This document shows positions 1-9,058 of a stretch of DNA of 64,000 bases, piece after piece. Made by a program: the position numbers and the translations under genes. The notes under the pieces were generated by a model. The model was not told the origin of the DNA, ran no database searches, and saw nothing but the letters and a program-made list of their open reading frames with translations. Source of the DNA: a virus; IMG/VR virus record IMGVR_UViG_3300023079_000003; one strand, 5' to 3'. The first letter of the stretch is position 1. Each line of letters starts with the position of its first letter.

Positions 1-1
1 G

Positions 2-631
2 CAGCTCCTCGGCGCCGCCCTCATGTGGACCGGCGGGCGCACCCGCGAAGACATCACCGGCCGCGACGAACTGGCAGTCTGGGATGCCGCCGCCGAATAC
101 CGGGCCGCCTACGGCGAACCGCCCCTGCACCACCACGCCGGCGACGTCCTCGGCCAGTGCGTGTACCAGCTCCCCACCGGCGGGACCTGCGGCAGGCTGA
201 TCGAGGCATCCGTCCACTACGAGCCGGCGGTCAGCAACCGGCGCACGGTCACGGTCAACCTGGGCAAGCCGGTCCCGCACTCCGCAACCGTCAGGCTCAT
301 CGCCGCCGCAGAGGACTGGCAGCGCACCGCCTACGACCCGGGCATCCCGCAGATGGGCATGGACGCCGTTCTCGAACGGCTCGACCAGGCTGTCACCGCC
401 TACCGGGAGGCGAACGGCCAGCCCCCCCTCAGCGCCGGCGTCCGGTACGGGGAGTCGGCAGTGCCCAAGCTCGGCGGGCCGAGACGCCACGCGGCCGCAT
501 GGCGTCTGCTCACCCGGGCGCGATCCTGGGCCGACGACTACGGCACCCCCGAGGAACTCCCGACCCTGCCCGCACGTGCCCTGTGGGATGCCGTGCAGGA
601 TCACCGCGCCGAGACCCGGGGCAAGCCGTGA
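2..631 (+). CDS. Hypothetical protein, probably 5'-truncated by the window edge
   Basis: Frame is open from the window start (QLLGAALMWT...); stop overlaps the next GTG (GTGA). Confidence 0.7.
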   Translation, partial: QLLGAALMWTGGRTREDITGRDELAVWDAAAEYRAAYGEPPLHHHAGDVLGQCVYQLPTGGTCGRLIEASVHYEPAVSNRRTVTVNLGKPVPHSATVRLIAAAEDWQRTAYDPGIPQMGMDAVLERLDQAVTAYREANGQPPLSAGVRYGESAVPKLGGPRRHAAAWRLLTRARSWADDYGTPEELPTLPARALWDAVQDHRAETRGKP

Positions 632-834
632 GCGACGCCCTGGTCTGGCACCGGGTGAAGGGCGGCTACGACTCCAACGGCCCGTACACGATCCGCCGGC
701 GGGAGGGCTGCTCCCGCACCACCGGCTTCGAGCTGCTGTACGAGGGCGGCGTCCCGCTCTGCCCCACCCACCGCACCCTCACCGCCGCTCAGCACTGCGC
801 TGACGCCCTGAACGAGAAGAGGCTCAACCGATGA
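628..834 (+). CDS. Hypothetical protein (VSDALVWHRVKGG...)
   Basis: C-terminal part of ORF 25..834; GTGA/ATGA coupling at both ends. Confidence 0.65.
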   Translation: MSDALVWHRVKGGYDSNGPYTIRRREGCSRTTGFELLYEGGVPLCPTHRTLTAAQHCADALNEKRLNR

Positions 835-1241
835 TCGACCCCAGAGATACCCAGCCCCGCACCAACACCAAATCCCGCGACCTGCGGATCTTCGACGGCG
901 AGCTGGACGGCTACATCATCACCCTGCCGAACGTCATGCTGCAGGGCGACGTCACCATCACCCACGTCGCCCGACCCGGCGGCGAGCAGTACTGGCGGGC
1001 CACCCAGCCGTACGGCAACGACCTCCCCCACCAGGCGGGCGAGTGGGTCGGCACCGGCGACAGCCAGAACGAGGCGATCATCAACCTCCTCCACGTCCGG
1101 ACCGGCGGCGCCGACCCCGGCCCGGTCATCCGCGCCGCCCGCGCCGTTGCCAAGACCGCCCCCCAGGACGACACCCTCACCGGCCCCAACCGGGTGCTCC
1201 TCGACGCTTTCACTACCTACGAGGCCGGCAGTGCCTTCTAA
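831..1241 (+). CDS. Hypothetical protein
   Basis: ATGA overlap, high GC3 in this frame. Confidence 0.7.
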   Translation: MIDPRDTQPRTNTKSRDLRIFDGELDGYIITLPNVMLQGDVTITHVARPGGEQYWRATQPYGNDLPHQAGEWVGTGDSQNEAIINLLHVRTGGADPGPVIRAARAVAKTAPQDDTLTGPNRVLLDAFTTYEAGSAF

Positions 1242-1524
1242 CCAGGTCATCCACACCACCGACACAGAGGTCTGCGCGCAGCTCCAAGACTGGGCCGACA
1301 CCTACCCCGACTTCACCCCCGAGCAGGCCGCCGCAGACCCCGAGCTGGCCACCGTCGACCGCGTCCGCACCCTGCTCGCCGGCAGACGAGTCGACCCCCT
1401 CCGCGACAAGCTCATCACCGCCGCCCTGACGTACGCGTGGAAGGGCGACGACTCCGTCAAATACCACAACGACCTCATCGACGCCGCAACCGCCTACGAA
1501 GCCAGCAGGAGGACCCGCACATGA
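1231..1524 (+). CDS. Hypothetical protein
   Basis: GTG at 1231 within ORF 1147..1524; coupled to the next ATG. Confidence 0.6.
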   Translation: MPSNQVIHTTDTEVCAQLQDWADTYPDFTPEQAAADPELATVDRVRTLLAGRRVDPLRDKLITAALTYAWKGDDSVKYHNDLIDAATAYEASRRTRT

Positions 1525-1841
1525 CCACACCCGACCTCAAGCTTGTTGCCCAGTTCGTCATGTCCAAGTGCCGGGAGAACAACGCCGGCGGCACCGAGCA
1601 ATCCCAGGTGTACGCCCTGGGCGAGGAGACCGGCGAGTTCGTCGGCGCGATGCGCCGGTGGCGTGGTATGGCCCGCCGGACCGGCACCGAGCAGGACGCC
1701 CAGGCCGAGCTGGCGGACGTCATCCTCTCCGCCTACGGCATGGCCGACGTGATGGGCTGGGACATCGACCGCATCCTCAACGCCAAGATCGAGAAGATCC
1801 TGACCCGAGGCTGGAAGACCGAGGAGCAGCCCGATGCCTGA
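1521..1841 (+). CDS. MazG-like nucleotide pyrophosphohydrolase
   Basis: LGEETGEF...AELADV acidic motif of the all-alpha NTP-PPase family. Confidence 0.75.
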   Translation: MTTPDLKLVAQFVMSKCRENNAGGTEQSQVYALGEETGEFVGAMRRWRGMARRTGTEQDAQAELADVILSAYGMADVMGWDIDRILNAKIEKILTRGWKTEEQPDA

Positions 1842-2046
1842 GCCCATCGAGATCCCCCCGTACGAGCAGGTCGGCATCGACGCCGACGGCCGTCAGGTCA
1901 TCGTCTACCACGACGGCGACGAGGAGTCTCACGTCCGCTTCGACCGCGACGAGATCAACGGCGGCACCTGGGTCCGGTTCGGTCCGACCTCCGGTGACTG
2001 GCAGCTCAAACTCCCCGAGGCGGTGCCCAGTGCCCCGCAGCCTTGA
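1834..2046 (+). CDS. Hypothetical protein
   Basis: Coupled ORF preceded by GAGGAG. Confidence 0.65.
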   Translation: MPEPIEIPPYEQVGIDADGRQVIVYHDGDEESHVRFDRDEINGGTWVRFGPTSGDWQLKLPEAVPSAPQP

Positions 2047-2281
2047 GGTACAGGAGACCGCCCGGCAGCGCATCCGTGACTCTGCCCCCGCCGCCGACGT
2101 CGACCTGTTCCTCGACATGCTCGGGCTCACCCCCGCCAAGCCGGTCGACGCGTCGAAGTGCCCGCACTGCGGGCACAAGCTCAACCTCGACATGCGCCCC
2201 TGCCGGCGCGCCCACTGCCTCCGCGACCGGGGGATCACACCCACACGCGACAAGCAGCGGCCGCAGGAGGTCGACGCCTGA
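2030..2281 (+). CDS. Small Cys/His (Zn-finger-like) protein
   Basis: VDLFLDMLGL followed by CPHC...C...HC. Confidence 0.6.
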   Translation: MPRSLEVQETARQRIRDSAPAADVDLFLDMLGLTPAKPVDASKCPHCGHKLNLDMRPCRRAHCLRDRGITPTRDKQRPQEVDA

Positions 2282-2898
2282 TGGCCATCCCCGACCTGGA
2301 CTTCAAACACCACGCCTCACCGGACGGCTGGTACGGCACCGCCGTCTACGACAAAAACTGGGCCTACCGGTACATGGTCTCGTACGTGTCCCGCGCAGCC
2401 GGCGAGACCATGACGTGGATCATGCTCAACCCGTCGACCGGCAGCCACGACCGCATGGACCCCACCCTCCGCCGCTGCTGGGGCTACGCCCGCGACTGGG
2501 GGTACATCGGCATGTCCGTCATCAACCTGTACGCCCTCCGCGCCACCAACCCCCAGGATCTCCGCCACCACCACGACCCGATCGGCCCGGACAACGACGA
2601 GGTCATCGACAAGCACCTGAACCTGCAGCTCCGAGCCCACGGCAAGGACCACCTCGTGGTCTGCGGGTGGGGCGGCAGCACACCCCGACGGACGGACCGG
2701 CCGCGCGAGGTCTGGGACCGGCTCACCGCCGCCGGTCACGCCCTGACGTCGCTGGGCACCACGGCGAGCGGCCAGCCGGTGCACCCCCTGTACCTGCGCC
2801 GGTCGCTGACCCCGAAGCAGCCGGAGTACCCGCCGCGCACCCACAAGACCACGCTGATGCTGGAGCAGACCTCCCGCAAACTGGGCCGGATGGTCTGA
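2281..2898 (+). CDS. DUF1643 family protein
   Basis: IMLNPST...DPTLRRC.GYARDWG...INLYALRAT.P...CGWG...HPLY signature. Confidence 0.85.
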   Translation: MAIPDLDFKHHASPDGWYGTAVYDKNWAYRYMVSYVSRAAGETMTWIMLNPSTGSHDRMDPTLRRCWGYARDWGYIGMSVINLYALRATNPQDLRHHHDPIGPDNDEVIDKHLNLQLRAHGKDHLVVCGWGGSTPRRTDRPREVWDRLTAAGHALTSLGTTASGQPVHPLYLRRSLTPKQPEYPPRTHKTTLMLEQTSRKLGRMV

Positions 2899-2911
2899 CC
2901 CCGGGGCTGAC

Positions 2912-2948
2912 AAGGGGCCGTACCTGCTCGACTGGGGTGCGGCCCTTT
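2912..2948 (+). terminator. Probable intrinsic terminator
   Basis: AAGGGGCCGTACC...GGTGCGGCCCTTT hairpin directly after the DUF1643 stop. Confidence 0.55.
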
Positions 2949-2981
2949 CGCCTTCCCGAATTTCATCGGATACGCTAAACT
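2947..2981 (+). promoter_or_regulatory. Possible housekeeping-sigma promoter
   Basis: AT-rich patch with TACGCT/TAAACT (TANNNT) hexamers upstream of 3017; -35 is weak. Confidence 0.35.
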
Positions 2982-3016
2982 GATGATATCGCGCCACCTC
3001 CCCAGAGAGGAGCCAC

Positions 3017-3259
3017 ATGCTCCGCGCAGTCTGGCACCACCTCACCGGCACCGTCCGAGGACGCGTCCAGCTCATCCTCCTCGGCACCGCCGGGATCATC
3101 CTGTGGGCCGCAGGAGTCGCCGCCGGGTCCGGCTGGATGCCCGCATCCGGCATCCTCGCCGCCGGCATCCTCGGCTCCGTCCTCGCCACCTCATCCCTGC
3201 CCCTCGGCCAATGGGTCGAGCGCGCATCGATCACCCGGGAGGTCTCCCGCCATGGGTGA
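3017..3259 (+). CDS. Small membrane protein (2 TM)
   Basis: GAGGAG RBS; two hydrophobic stretches. Confidence 0.75.
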   Translation: MLRAVWHHLTGTVRGRVQLILLGTAGIILWAAGVAAGSGWMPASGILAAGILGSVLATSSLPLGQWVERASITREVSRHG

Positions 3260-3533
3260 CGACAACCAGCCCCCCGCCCAGCCCACCGGACTCCTCGGCC
3301 CCTCCATGGCCGCAGCAGGAGTCGCCCTCCTGATGATCGTCGCCGCCGTCACCACCCACCTCGCGCCCATGATCGCCGCCGTGGTGCTCGCCCTGGCAGC
3401 CGTGCTCACCGCGATCCGCGTCGAGACCCTGGCCCAGGACCGGTGGGAGGCCGCCCGATACGCCCCTCACCGCGCCGAGATCGCCGCCGTCGAGGCCGAG
3501 ATCGCCCGCATCCTGGACGGCGACCGTGGCTAA
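3252..3533 (+). CDS. Small membrane protein (2 TM)
   Basis: Hydrophobic hairpin followed by a charged helix. Confidence 0.7.
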   Translation: MGDDNQPPAQPTGLLGPSMAAAGVALLMIVAAVTTHLAPMIAAVVLALAAVLTAIRVETLAQDRWEAARYAPHRAEIAAVEAEIARILDGDRG

Positions 3534-3807
3534 CCGGACAACGATCACCCCCCGCGAAGCAGCGGCGCTCGACCGGCTGCTAGACGCGTACGTCGGCAAC
3601 GAAGAAGCCGACGCCGGCATGGACGACCTCCGGACCCTGCAGCGCAAAGTCCAGCAGCTCGACCAGGACCACACCGCCTACGGGGTCTTCACCGTCCGGG
3701 AGGGCAGCGCATCCCCTCACACCCACAAGTCCCCGGGCGCGTGCTGGGCCGACCCGGACTGCCCGATCTACAGCACCCACCCCGGACGGAGTCAGACCCG
3801 TGACTAA
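3526..3807 (+). CDS. Hypothetical protein
   Basis: Coupled ORF. Confidence 0.65.
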   Translation: MANRTTITPREAAALDRLLDAYVGNEEADAGMDDLRTLQRKVQQLDQDHTAYGVFTVREGSASPHTHKSPGACWADPDCPIYSTHPGRSQTRD

Positions 3808-4045
3808 CCCGCGCCTCACCCCCGCCCAGGTCGAGCTGCTGCGCGACATCGCCACCCACCCGCAGATGTTCGTCCGCACCTACGGCCGGTACGGCAGAAC
3901 CGCCGGCGCGCTCATCCGGCACCACCTCGCCCGGGTGATCTCCGCAAGCCAGTCCGACATCGAGATCGTGATCACCGCGCTGGGCCGGGACGAGGCGACC
4001 CGGCGCGACCTGACCCCCAAGCAGCCGAGCGAGGCAGCCCAGTGA
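3800..4045 (+). CDS. Hypothetical protein (possible winged helix)
   Basis: LTPAQVELLRDI N-terminus; coupled ORF. Confidence 0.65.
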   Translation: MTNPRLTPAQVELLRDIATHPQMFVRTYGRYGRTAGALIRHHLARVISASQSDIEIVITALGRDEATRRDLTPKQPSEAAQ

Positions 4046-4248
4046 ACCGCCGGGACGCGCTGCTCGAAGCCCACGGTGTGGCCGCCGCCGTCATCCGGCA
4101 GTACGTCCGCGACGCCGACGACTGGATCGGGGACGACAAGGAGGAGGACGAGAAGATCCGCACCGCGCTGGGCGAGCTGGCCGACCGTCACGACGCGGCA
4201 GCACACCGCATGTCCAACCCGCCGAGTCCGGGGGTAGACCGTGGCTGA
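4042..4248 (+). CDS. Hypothetical protein
   Basis: GTGA overlap. Confidence 0.65.
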   Translation: MNRRDALLEAHGVAAAVIRQYVRDADDWIGDDKEEDEKIRTALGELADRHDAAAHRMSNPPSPGVDRG

Positions 4249-4568
4249 GGTCGACTGGAGTGCGTACGGGAAATGCCCAGAGGTCCGGTGCCAGGCCGTG
4301 ACCGACAAGGCATGTCGAGACCTGCGAACGGGCCGCACCTCAGACGCCTGTCCCATGCCCTGGAAAGCCAGGCGGCGGCCCCACCACAGTCGGCCCCTAC
4401 TGGCAGGCACGGCTACCTCGGACGCTCCGGGCGCCGAGACTTGCTGGTCATGTTCCAACGGGCTCGGTGACCGGCCGCACTGGCACCCGAGCATCGTCGC
4501 TGCGCAGGCAGCCGCAGCCGAGGCGCGGACGACTAACGCGCCAAATCCGGCGGTGGACCGTGGCTGAG
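4210..4568 (+). repeat. Imperfect 40-bp direct repeat at two consecutive gene junctions (4210-4249 and 4529-4568)
   Basis: 32/40 identical by manual alignment; both copies end GACCGTGGCTGAG. Confidence 0.7.
4241..4567 (+). CDS. Cys/His-rich hypothetical protein
   Basis: CPEVRC...C..., CWSC; flanked by a 40-bp imperfect direct repeat. Confidence 0.6.
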   Translation: MAEVDWSAYGKCPEVRCQAVTDKACRDLRTGRTSDACPMPWKARRRPHHSRPLLAGTATSDAPGAETCWSCSNGLGDRPHWHPSIVAAQAAAAEARTTNAPNPAVDRG

Positions 4569-4763
4569 CACATCAACTGCCCGCATGATCCGGAAGGTGC
4601 GGACGGCAACCCGTTTGCCGCGATGATCTGCTCGCCGGCGGGCTCCGGTCCGGAGATTTCGAGCCACCCGGACTGTGAATGCCCCGGCGGGCCGCACCGC
4701 CGATTCGTCGACCGGACGGGGGCCTGCCCGCTGCACGGGACGACTACCGGTTCAACACCGTGA
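4560..4763 (+). CDS. Cys-rich hypothetical protein
   Basis: GTG start inside the repeat; six Cys. Confidence 0.55.
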   Translation: MAEHINCPHDPEGADGNPFAAMICSPAGSGPEISSHPDCECPGGPHRRFVDRTGACPLHGTTTGSTP

Positions 4764-5092
4764 CCTACCCCGACGCGTACCTCTCCTGCTCGGTCTGCCA
4801 GAACCAGGCAGGAGAGTGGTGCTTCGACTTCGAGGGCTACGTGATGACCGAGGACGGCCTGGTCAACGTGTCCGAACGGCGCCCCACCCCACACAACAAC
4901 CGGAAGATCAGCAAGCGCGCGGACGGCATCGCCGTCCCCCGCCCGAAGCGGGCACCCGCCGGCGCAAACGCCCCCGACCCCCTCGCCCCCAAGGCCAAGC
5001 ACACCCCGTCCGTCCGAGCCCGCCGAGCAGCCGCCCAGCAGGCCACGATCAACGCCTGGTCCGAACTCGCCAAGAAGAGGAACCGATCATGA
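4760..5092 (+). CDS. Zn-finger-like hypothetical protein
   Basis: CSVC...C...H; basic C-terminus. Confidence 0.65.
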   Translation: MTYPDAYLSCSVCQNQAGEWCFDFEGYVMTEDGLVNVSERRPTPHNNRKISKRADGIAVPRPKRAPAGANAPDPLAPKAKHTPSVRARRAAAQQATINAWSELAKKRNRS

Positions 5093-5265
5093 TCTTCACC
5101 CGGCGTGAACTCCTCGCCCTCATCCCCCTCTGCCTGGCCATCGGCGCGCTCTGGGGGATTGCCGGCTACTACCTCGGTATCCACTGGCTCCCCCTGTCCA
5201 TCAGCTCCGCACTCGCCTGCGCCGTGTTCCTCACCGCCTACGCCTACAACCGGGAGCGCGGGTGA
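5089..5265 (+). CDS. Small membrane protein
   Basis: GAGGA RBS; two TM segments. Confidence 0.7.
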   Translation: MIFTRRELLALIPLCLAIGALWGIAGYYLGIHWLPLSISSALACAVFLTAYAYNRERG

Positions 5266-5465
5266 CCTCAGACCAGATCATCAACCGGCTCGGCACCCGC
5301 CGCCGCGAGCTGGGCCTCACCTACGAGCAGGTGGGCGCACGAGCCGGCATGCCCCTGCAGCAGGTGTGGGCTGTCCTGAACCGGAAGAATCAGCCCGGCC
5401 TGCCCGTCCTGATCCGCCTCGCCACCGCCCTGGACCTCCGCGTCGAGATCGGAGACCGACCGTGA
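5262..5465 (+). CDS. XRE/Cro-CI-type helix-turn-helix protein
   Basis: RRRELGLTYEQVGARAGM...V..V.NRKNQPGL..LIRLA.AL pattern. Confidence 0.85.
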   Translation: MTSDQIINRLGTRRRELGLTYEQVGARAGMPLQQVWAVLNRKNQPGLPVLIRLATALDLRVEIGDRP

Positions 5466-6226
5466 CCGACACCCTGACCCTGCTCCCCGAGGGCACCACC
5501 CCGATCGACGGGTCGCACCTGTTCAACACCCCCTGCACGACCGGATGCGGGTCCACGGTCGTCGCCGCCCTCGGCCAGCTCACCACCGCACTGTGCTCCC
5601 CCTGCCGCGTCGACCAGCTCGGCCCCGTCACCCTCCCCCCACCCAACCGGTGTATCTGCGGGTCCGAGAACACCCACCCCTACCCCGCCGGCGCGCGCTG
5701 CGACGACTGCGCCAAGCAGCTCATCCGCAAGGACTGGTACGGGTTCGCCATCCCCCGCGACTGGACGCAGTACGATCCCTCCCGGCTCGCCAACGCCCCG
5801 GTCTGGACCGGTGTGCGCTTCGCCGGAGAGCCCCCACCGGTGTCCGACTTCAACGCCGGATGCCTCGTCCGAACCTGCCACGCCACCTGGCCGCTCAACA
5901 GCTTGGAGGACGCACTCCTCTCCATCCACGCCCACGAGCTGGTCATGCACCGCGAAAACGCCTGGATGGTCGGCGGGGTGGGCGGGTCCAACACCCGGAT
6001 CTGCGACCCCTGCGGCGGCGCCTCACCCGGCGGGTGGGCACTCGTCGAGGGCGAGCGGGTCGAACTCCCCCCGAAGGGCAGCCCGTTCGGCATCACCTTC
6101 AAATCAGCCCGGCACGACCTGTGCCTCAACGGCCACAGTCGCGGCCGGGGCCAGACCTACGAGTGCGACTGCAAGCACCGCACGCCAGACCAGCAGCAAC
6201 CACACCTCAAGGGGAAGAAACAGTGA
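5462..6226 (+). CDS. Multi-Cys (multiple Zn ribbon) hypothetical protein
   Basis: Several CxxC pairs along about 254 aa. Confidence 0.7.
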   Translation: MTDTLTLLPEGTTPIDGSHLFNTPCTTGCGSTVVAALGQLTTALCSPCRVDQLGPVTLPPPNRCICGSENTHPYPAGARCDDCAKQLIRKDWYGFAIPRDWTQYDPSRLANAPVWTGVRFAGEPPPVSDFNAGCLVRTCHATWPLNSLEDALLSIHAHELVMHRENAWMVGGVGGSNTRICDPCGGASPGGWALVEGERVELPPKGSPFGITFKSARHDLCLNGHSRGRGQTYECDCKHRTPDQQQPHLKGKKQ

Positions 6227-6480
6227 CCGAGCCCGCCCGCAAACCCCGCACCCCCCGACCTCCCTCACGGCTGCTCATCCTCGGCCTGATCCTCGTGGCC
6301 GTCTCCATCCCCCAGCGGATCCTCTCCGACAACACCCCCACCACCGTGGTCGCCCTCGCGGTGGCGGTCATCGGCTGCGTCACCATCGCCCGGTACATCC
6401 ACGACACGGTCACCTGGGTGACCGAGCGGTGGGCGCTCGTCCCGACCAGCGAACCTGAGGTGAACCGTGCCGACCACTGA
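6223..6480 (+). CDS. Membrane protein (2 TM)
   Basis: Hydrophobic segments; GTGA overlap. Confidence 0.7.
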   Translation: MTEPARKPRTPRPPSRLLILGLILVAVSIPQRILSDNTPTTVVALAVAVIGCVTIARYIHDTVTWVTERWALVPTSEPEVNRADH

Positions 6481-6781
6481 GCCCGCCGGCGAGGAGTACC
6501 CCATCGGCACCACCATGTGGATCGAGCAGTTCGTCCGCACCACCGCACCCTCCGGTCGGATCCATGACGGCCCGATCAAACGCATCCGCCCCGCCGCGCA
6601 CGTCAACCTGACAGAGGTCATGCGCGCGTTCGCGGAGACCGTCGCCCGGCCCGCCAACCCCGAGCACGCGCGGACCGTCTTCCAGCGGGAGGTGACAGTC
6701 ACCGCCGGCGCGTGGGCGGAGACCGGCATCAAACCCCCGACCACCCGAAGCCGCATGTCCGACCCGGAGAGCCAGGGGTGA
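6467..6781 (+). CDS. Hypothetical protein
   Basis: GAGG RBS; coupled ORF. Confidence 0.65.
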   Translation: MPTTEPAGEEYPIGTTMWIEQFVRTTAPSGRIHDGPIKRIRPAAHVNLTEVMRAFAETVARPANPEHARTVFQREVTVTAGAWAETGIKPPTTRSRMSDPESQG

Positions 6782-7002
6782 TCAACCCGCTCCCACCGCG
6801 CTGCGCCTTCAACGGGGTGCACGCGGTACTCGACCCGGCCCGCACTCGCTACGCCGCCTACAGGGGCTCCTGCGAGTGCGGTGCCTGGTGGACCTCCACG
6901 AACAAAGACCTCGTCTGGCACTACCTGGGCGAGCACATCATCCCGACCCTGATCAGGGAGCTGAACGATGCCCAACACCGCCGCCGCCCTCACCTTCGAT
7001 AA
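6778..7002 (+). CDS. Zn-finger-like hypothetical protein
   Basis: CECG-W...H...H motif. Confidence 0.6.
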   Translation: MINPLPPRCAFNGVHAVLDPARTRYAAYRGSCECGAWWTSTNKDLVWHYLGEHIIPTLIRELNDAQHRRRPHLR

Positions 7003-7255
7003 GAACGTCTACTCCCCCGGCGACACGATCACCGCGACCCTGACCATCACGACCGAGGACCCGGCACCGCGCGCCGTCGGCGTCTCCGGCGAGGGCCGCA
7101 TGTCCGACGGGCAGACCTTCACCTTCGCCGGCTCGCTGGTCATCGACGGCCGCGCCGCCGAGCTGCTCAACACCACCATCAACGAGACCGGCGGCCTGGA
7201 CTGGTCCGTCCAGTCGAGCAACCCCCGGCAGGTCGTCTGGACCGCGACCGCATGA
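6968..7255 (+). CDS. Small beta-sandwich (Ig-like) protein
   Basis: LTFDKNVYSPGDTITATLTI pattern; alternating beta-strand residues. Confidence 0.65.
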   Translation: MPNTAAALTFDKNVYSPGDTITATLTITTEDPAPRAVGVSGEGRMSDGQTFTFAGSLVIDGRAAELLNTTINETGGLDWSVQSSNPRQVVWTATA

Positions 7256-8421
7256 GCATCTACCGGCCGTTCTCCGCAGCCTGGCAGCTCACCAACGGGG
7301 AGCACGGGGAAACCCCCGGCACGGCCAGCACCACCGACCGGGTGCGCGGCGGCTTCTACGTGGCCAGCAACGGCGACCCCAGGTCGGTCACCGGGGAGGC
7401 CCCGCTGCGCGCCATCACCCAGTACCACGCCCTCCACGAACCGGGAACCTCACAGTTCCCCGGCTGGCAGGACACCTGGCGGATGCCCCTCTACCGGCAG
7501 GGGGTCGACCTCACCCTCGTCACCGAGCTGAAGTCCTTCGCCGCCGGCAGCGCCCAGGTCGGCGCCCAGTCGTTCGCCGTCGAGGGCCGCAACTACACGG
7601 TCCCCGCCATGGAAGGCCGCGTGCAGCTCGGATCGAACACCTCGACCACCGGCCCGTGGGCGTACTCCTACGAGCAGGTCTACACCGGGAAGATCGACGG
7701 CCTGCTGCACCGGCTCCTCGCCGCCCTCCGCGCCAAACCGGTCGAGCACGAGATCATCGTGCAGTTCGCGTCCGAGCGCGACACCGACAACCAGTTCGGC
7801 ACCATGAAGCTCGACACCGCCGGAGGACCGGCCATCCGCCGGAGCTGGGCCGAGTCCGATACCCTCGCCCTCAGCGCCTACACGTACGCGATCCGGTGGC
7901 TGCGCGACCCACCCGCCGGCATCCCACCACTCGCCCCCGGGGTGAAGTTCACCCTGGGCTGGGCCGGGCACGACTGGTCCGGGCAGGCTGCGTTCCTGCG
8001 CTCCCACCCGGCGAGCCTGGCCGAGTACATCGACTACGTGCACTGGAACGTCTATCACCACAACACCAGCCGCGCCTCGACCGACCCGGCCACGGCCGCC
8101 CGAGCCCGCCTCGAGGAGACCCTGGCCTTCTACCGGGCGGCACCGCTGGCCATCCGCCGCAAGCCGATCACCGTGTCGGAGTGGGGCGCGCATCCGACCA
8201 TCGCCCCCGGCCAGGCTGACTACATCGCCGCCATGCCCGCAGCCATCAACGCGGTGAACCGCGACCAGCACCAGCGCGGTGAGGGCCAGTACGCCGGGCA
8301 GTTCAACTACTTCCACTCGAACGGCAACTGGGGGGTGTTCGACCCCCCGGCCGCCGGCAGGGCGGCGATCACCACCGCCTACCAGACCGGCCCGTTCACC
8401 CGCCCGAGAGGACGAGCCTGA
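7252..8421 (+). CDS. Glycoside hydrolase, clan GH-A (GH26-like) TIM barrel
   Basis: IIVQFASE (putative acid/base Glu), YIDYVHWNVY, KPITVSEWG (putative nucleophile Glu). Confidence 0.65.
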   Translation: MSIYRPFSAAWQLTNGEHGETPGTASTTDRVRGGFYVASNGDPRSVTGEAPLRAITQYHALHEPGTSQFPGWQDTWRMPLYRQGVDLTLVTELKSFAAGSAQVGAQSFAVEGRNYTVPAMEGRVQLGSNTSTTGPWAYSYEQVYTGKIDGLLHRLLAALRAKPVEHEIIVQFASERDTDNQFGTMKLDTAGGPAIRRSWAESDTLALSAYTYAIRWLRDPPAGIPPLAPGVKFTLGWAGHDWSGQAAFLRSHPASLAEYIDYVHWNVYHHNTSRASTDPATAARARLEETLAFYRAAPLAIRRKPITVSEWGAHPTIAPGQADYIAAMPAAINAVNRDQHQRGEGQYAGQFNYFHSNGNWGVFDPPAAGRAAITTAYQTGPFTRPRGRA

Positions 8422-8960
8422 TGGAGAGCACACCGGGACCTCAGTGGTCGCGGCAGGTCGACGACCACATCCGGCAGATGCAGGACGACGCGGCCCGCGC
8501 GGAGAACCAGCACCGGCAGGTGATCCTCGACCGTGTCAAGTTCGGCATGACGAAGGTCATCACCGAGACGGCCATGTCCGGTGTCCGCGCCTCCGTATCG
8601 GCCGAGCGCGGTTACGGCTACTACGAGCAGCTCGGCGCCAACACCATGATCAAACTCCGGGTCGACATGCTCGCCCAGCAGCACCCACCCCAGACCATCC
8701 GCAACACCGTCCTCGTCCCCCGCCTCGCCACCCCGTGGCAGCACTTCCGCGCCCGACACTGGGACAAATGGTGGATGATGTGGGCGCGGAAACGCCCCCT
8801 CACCTACATCGACGAACCAGTCCCGGTCACGGTCGAGGTCCGCTCGCAGACCCTCTACCCGCACCACCGTCTCGCCCTCGACGACCAGCTCGGTGCCGGC
8901 GCGCTCCGCTTCGACGTCGGCCCCGCCTGGTCGACCTGGACCAACCAGGAGAGCCGGTGA
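8421..8960 (+). CDS. Hypothetical protein
   Basis: TGATG coupling; high GC3. Confidence 0.7.
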   Translation: MESTPGPQWSRQVDDHIRQMQDDAARAENQHRQVILDRVKFGMTKVITETAMSGVRASVSAERGYGYYEQLGANTMIKLRVDMLAQQHPPQTIRNTVLVPRLATPWQHFRARHWDKWWMMWARKRPLTYIDEPVPVTVEVRSQTLYPHHRLALDDQLGAGALRFDVGPAWSTWTNQESR

Positions 8961-9058
8961 GATCGGCAATCCTCTGGGTGTCCGCCCTGGCCATCACCGC
9001 CGGGATCGTCCTGCTGGCCATCGGCCTCACCCGCCTCTACATCGAGAGGACGACCTGA
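8957..9058 (+). CDS. Single-TM microprotein (33 aa)
   Basis: GGAG RBS; VRSAILWVSALAITAGIVLLAIGL. Confidence 0.6.
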   Translation: MRSAILWVSALAITAGIVLLAIGLTRLYIERTT

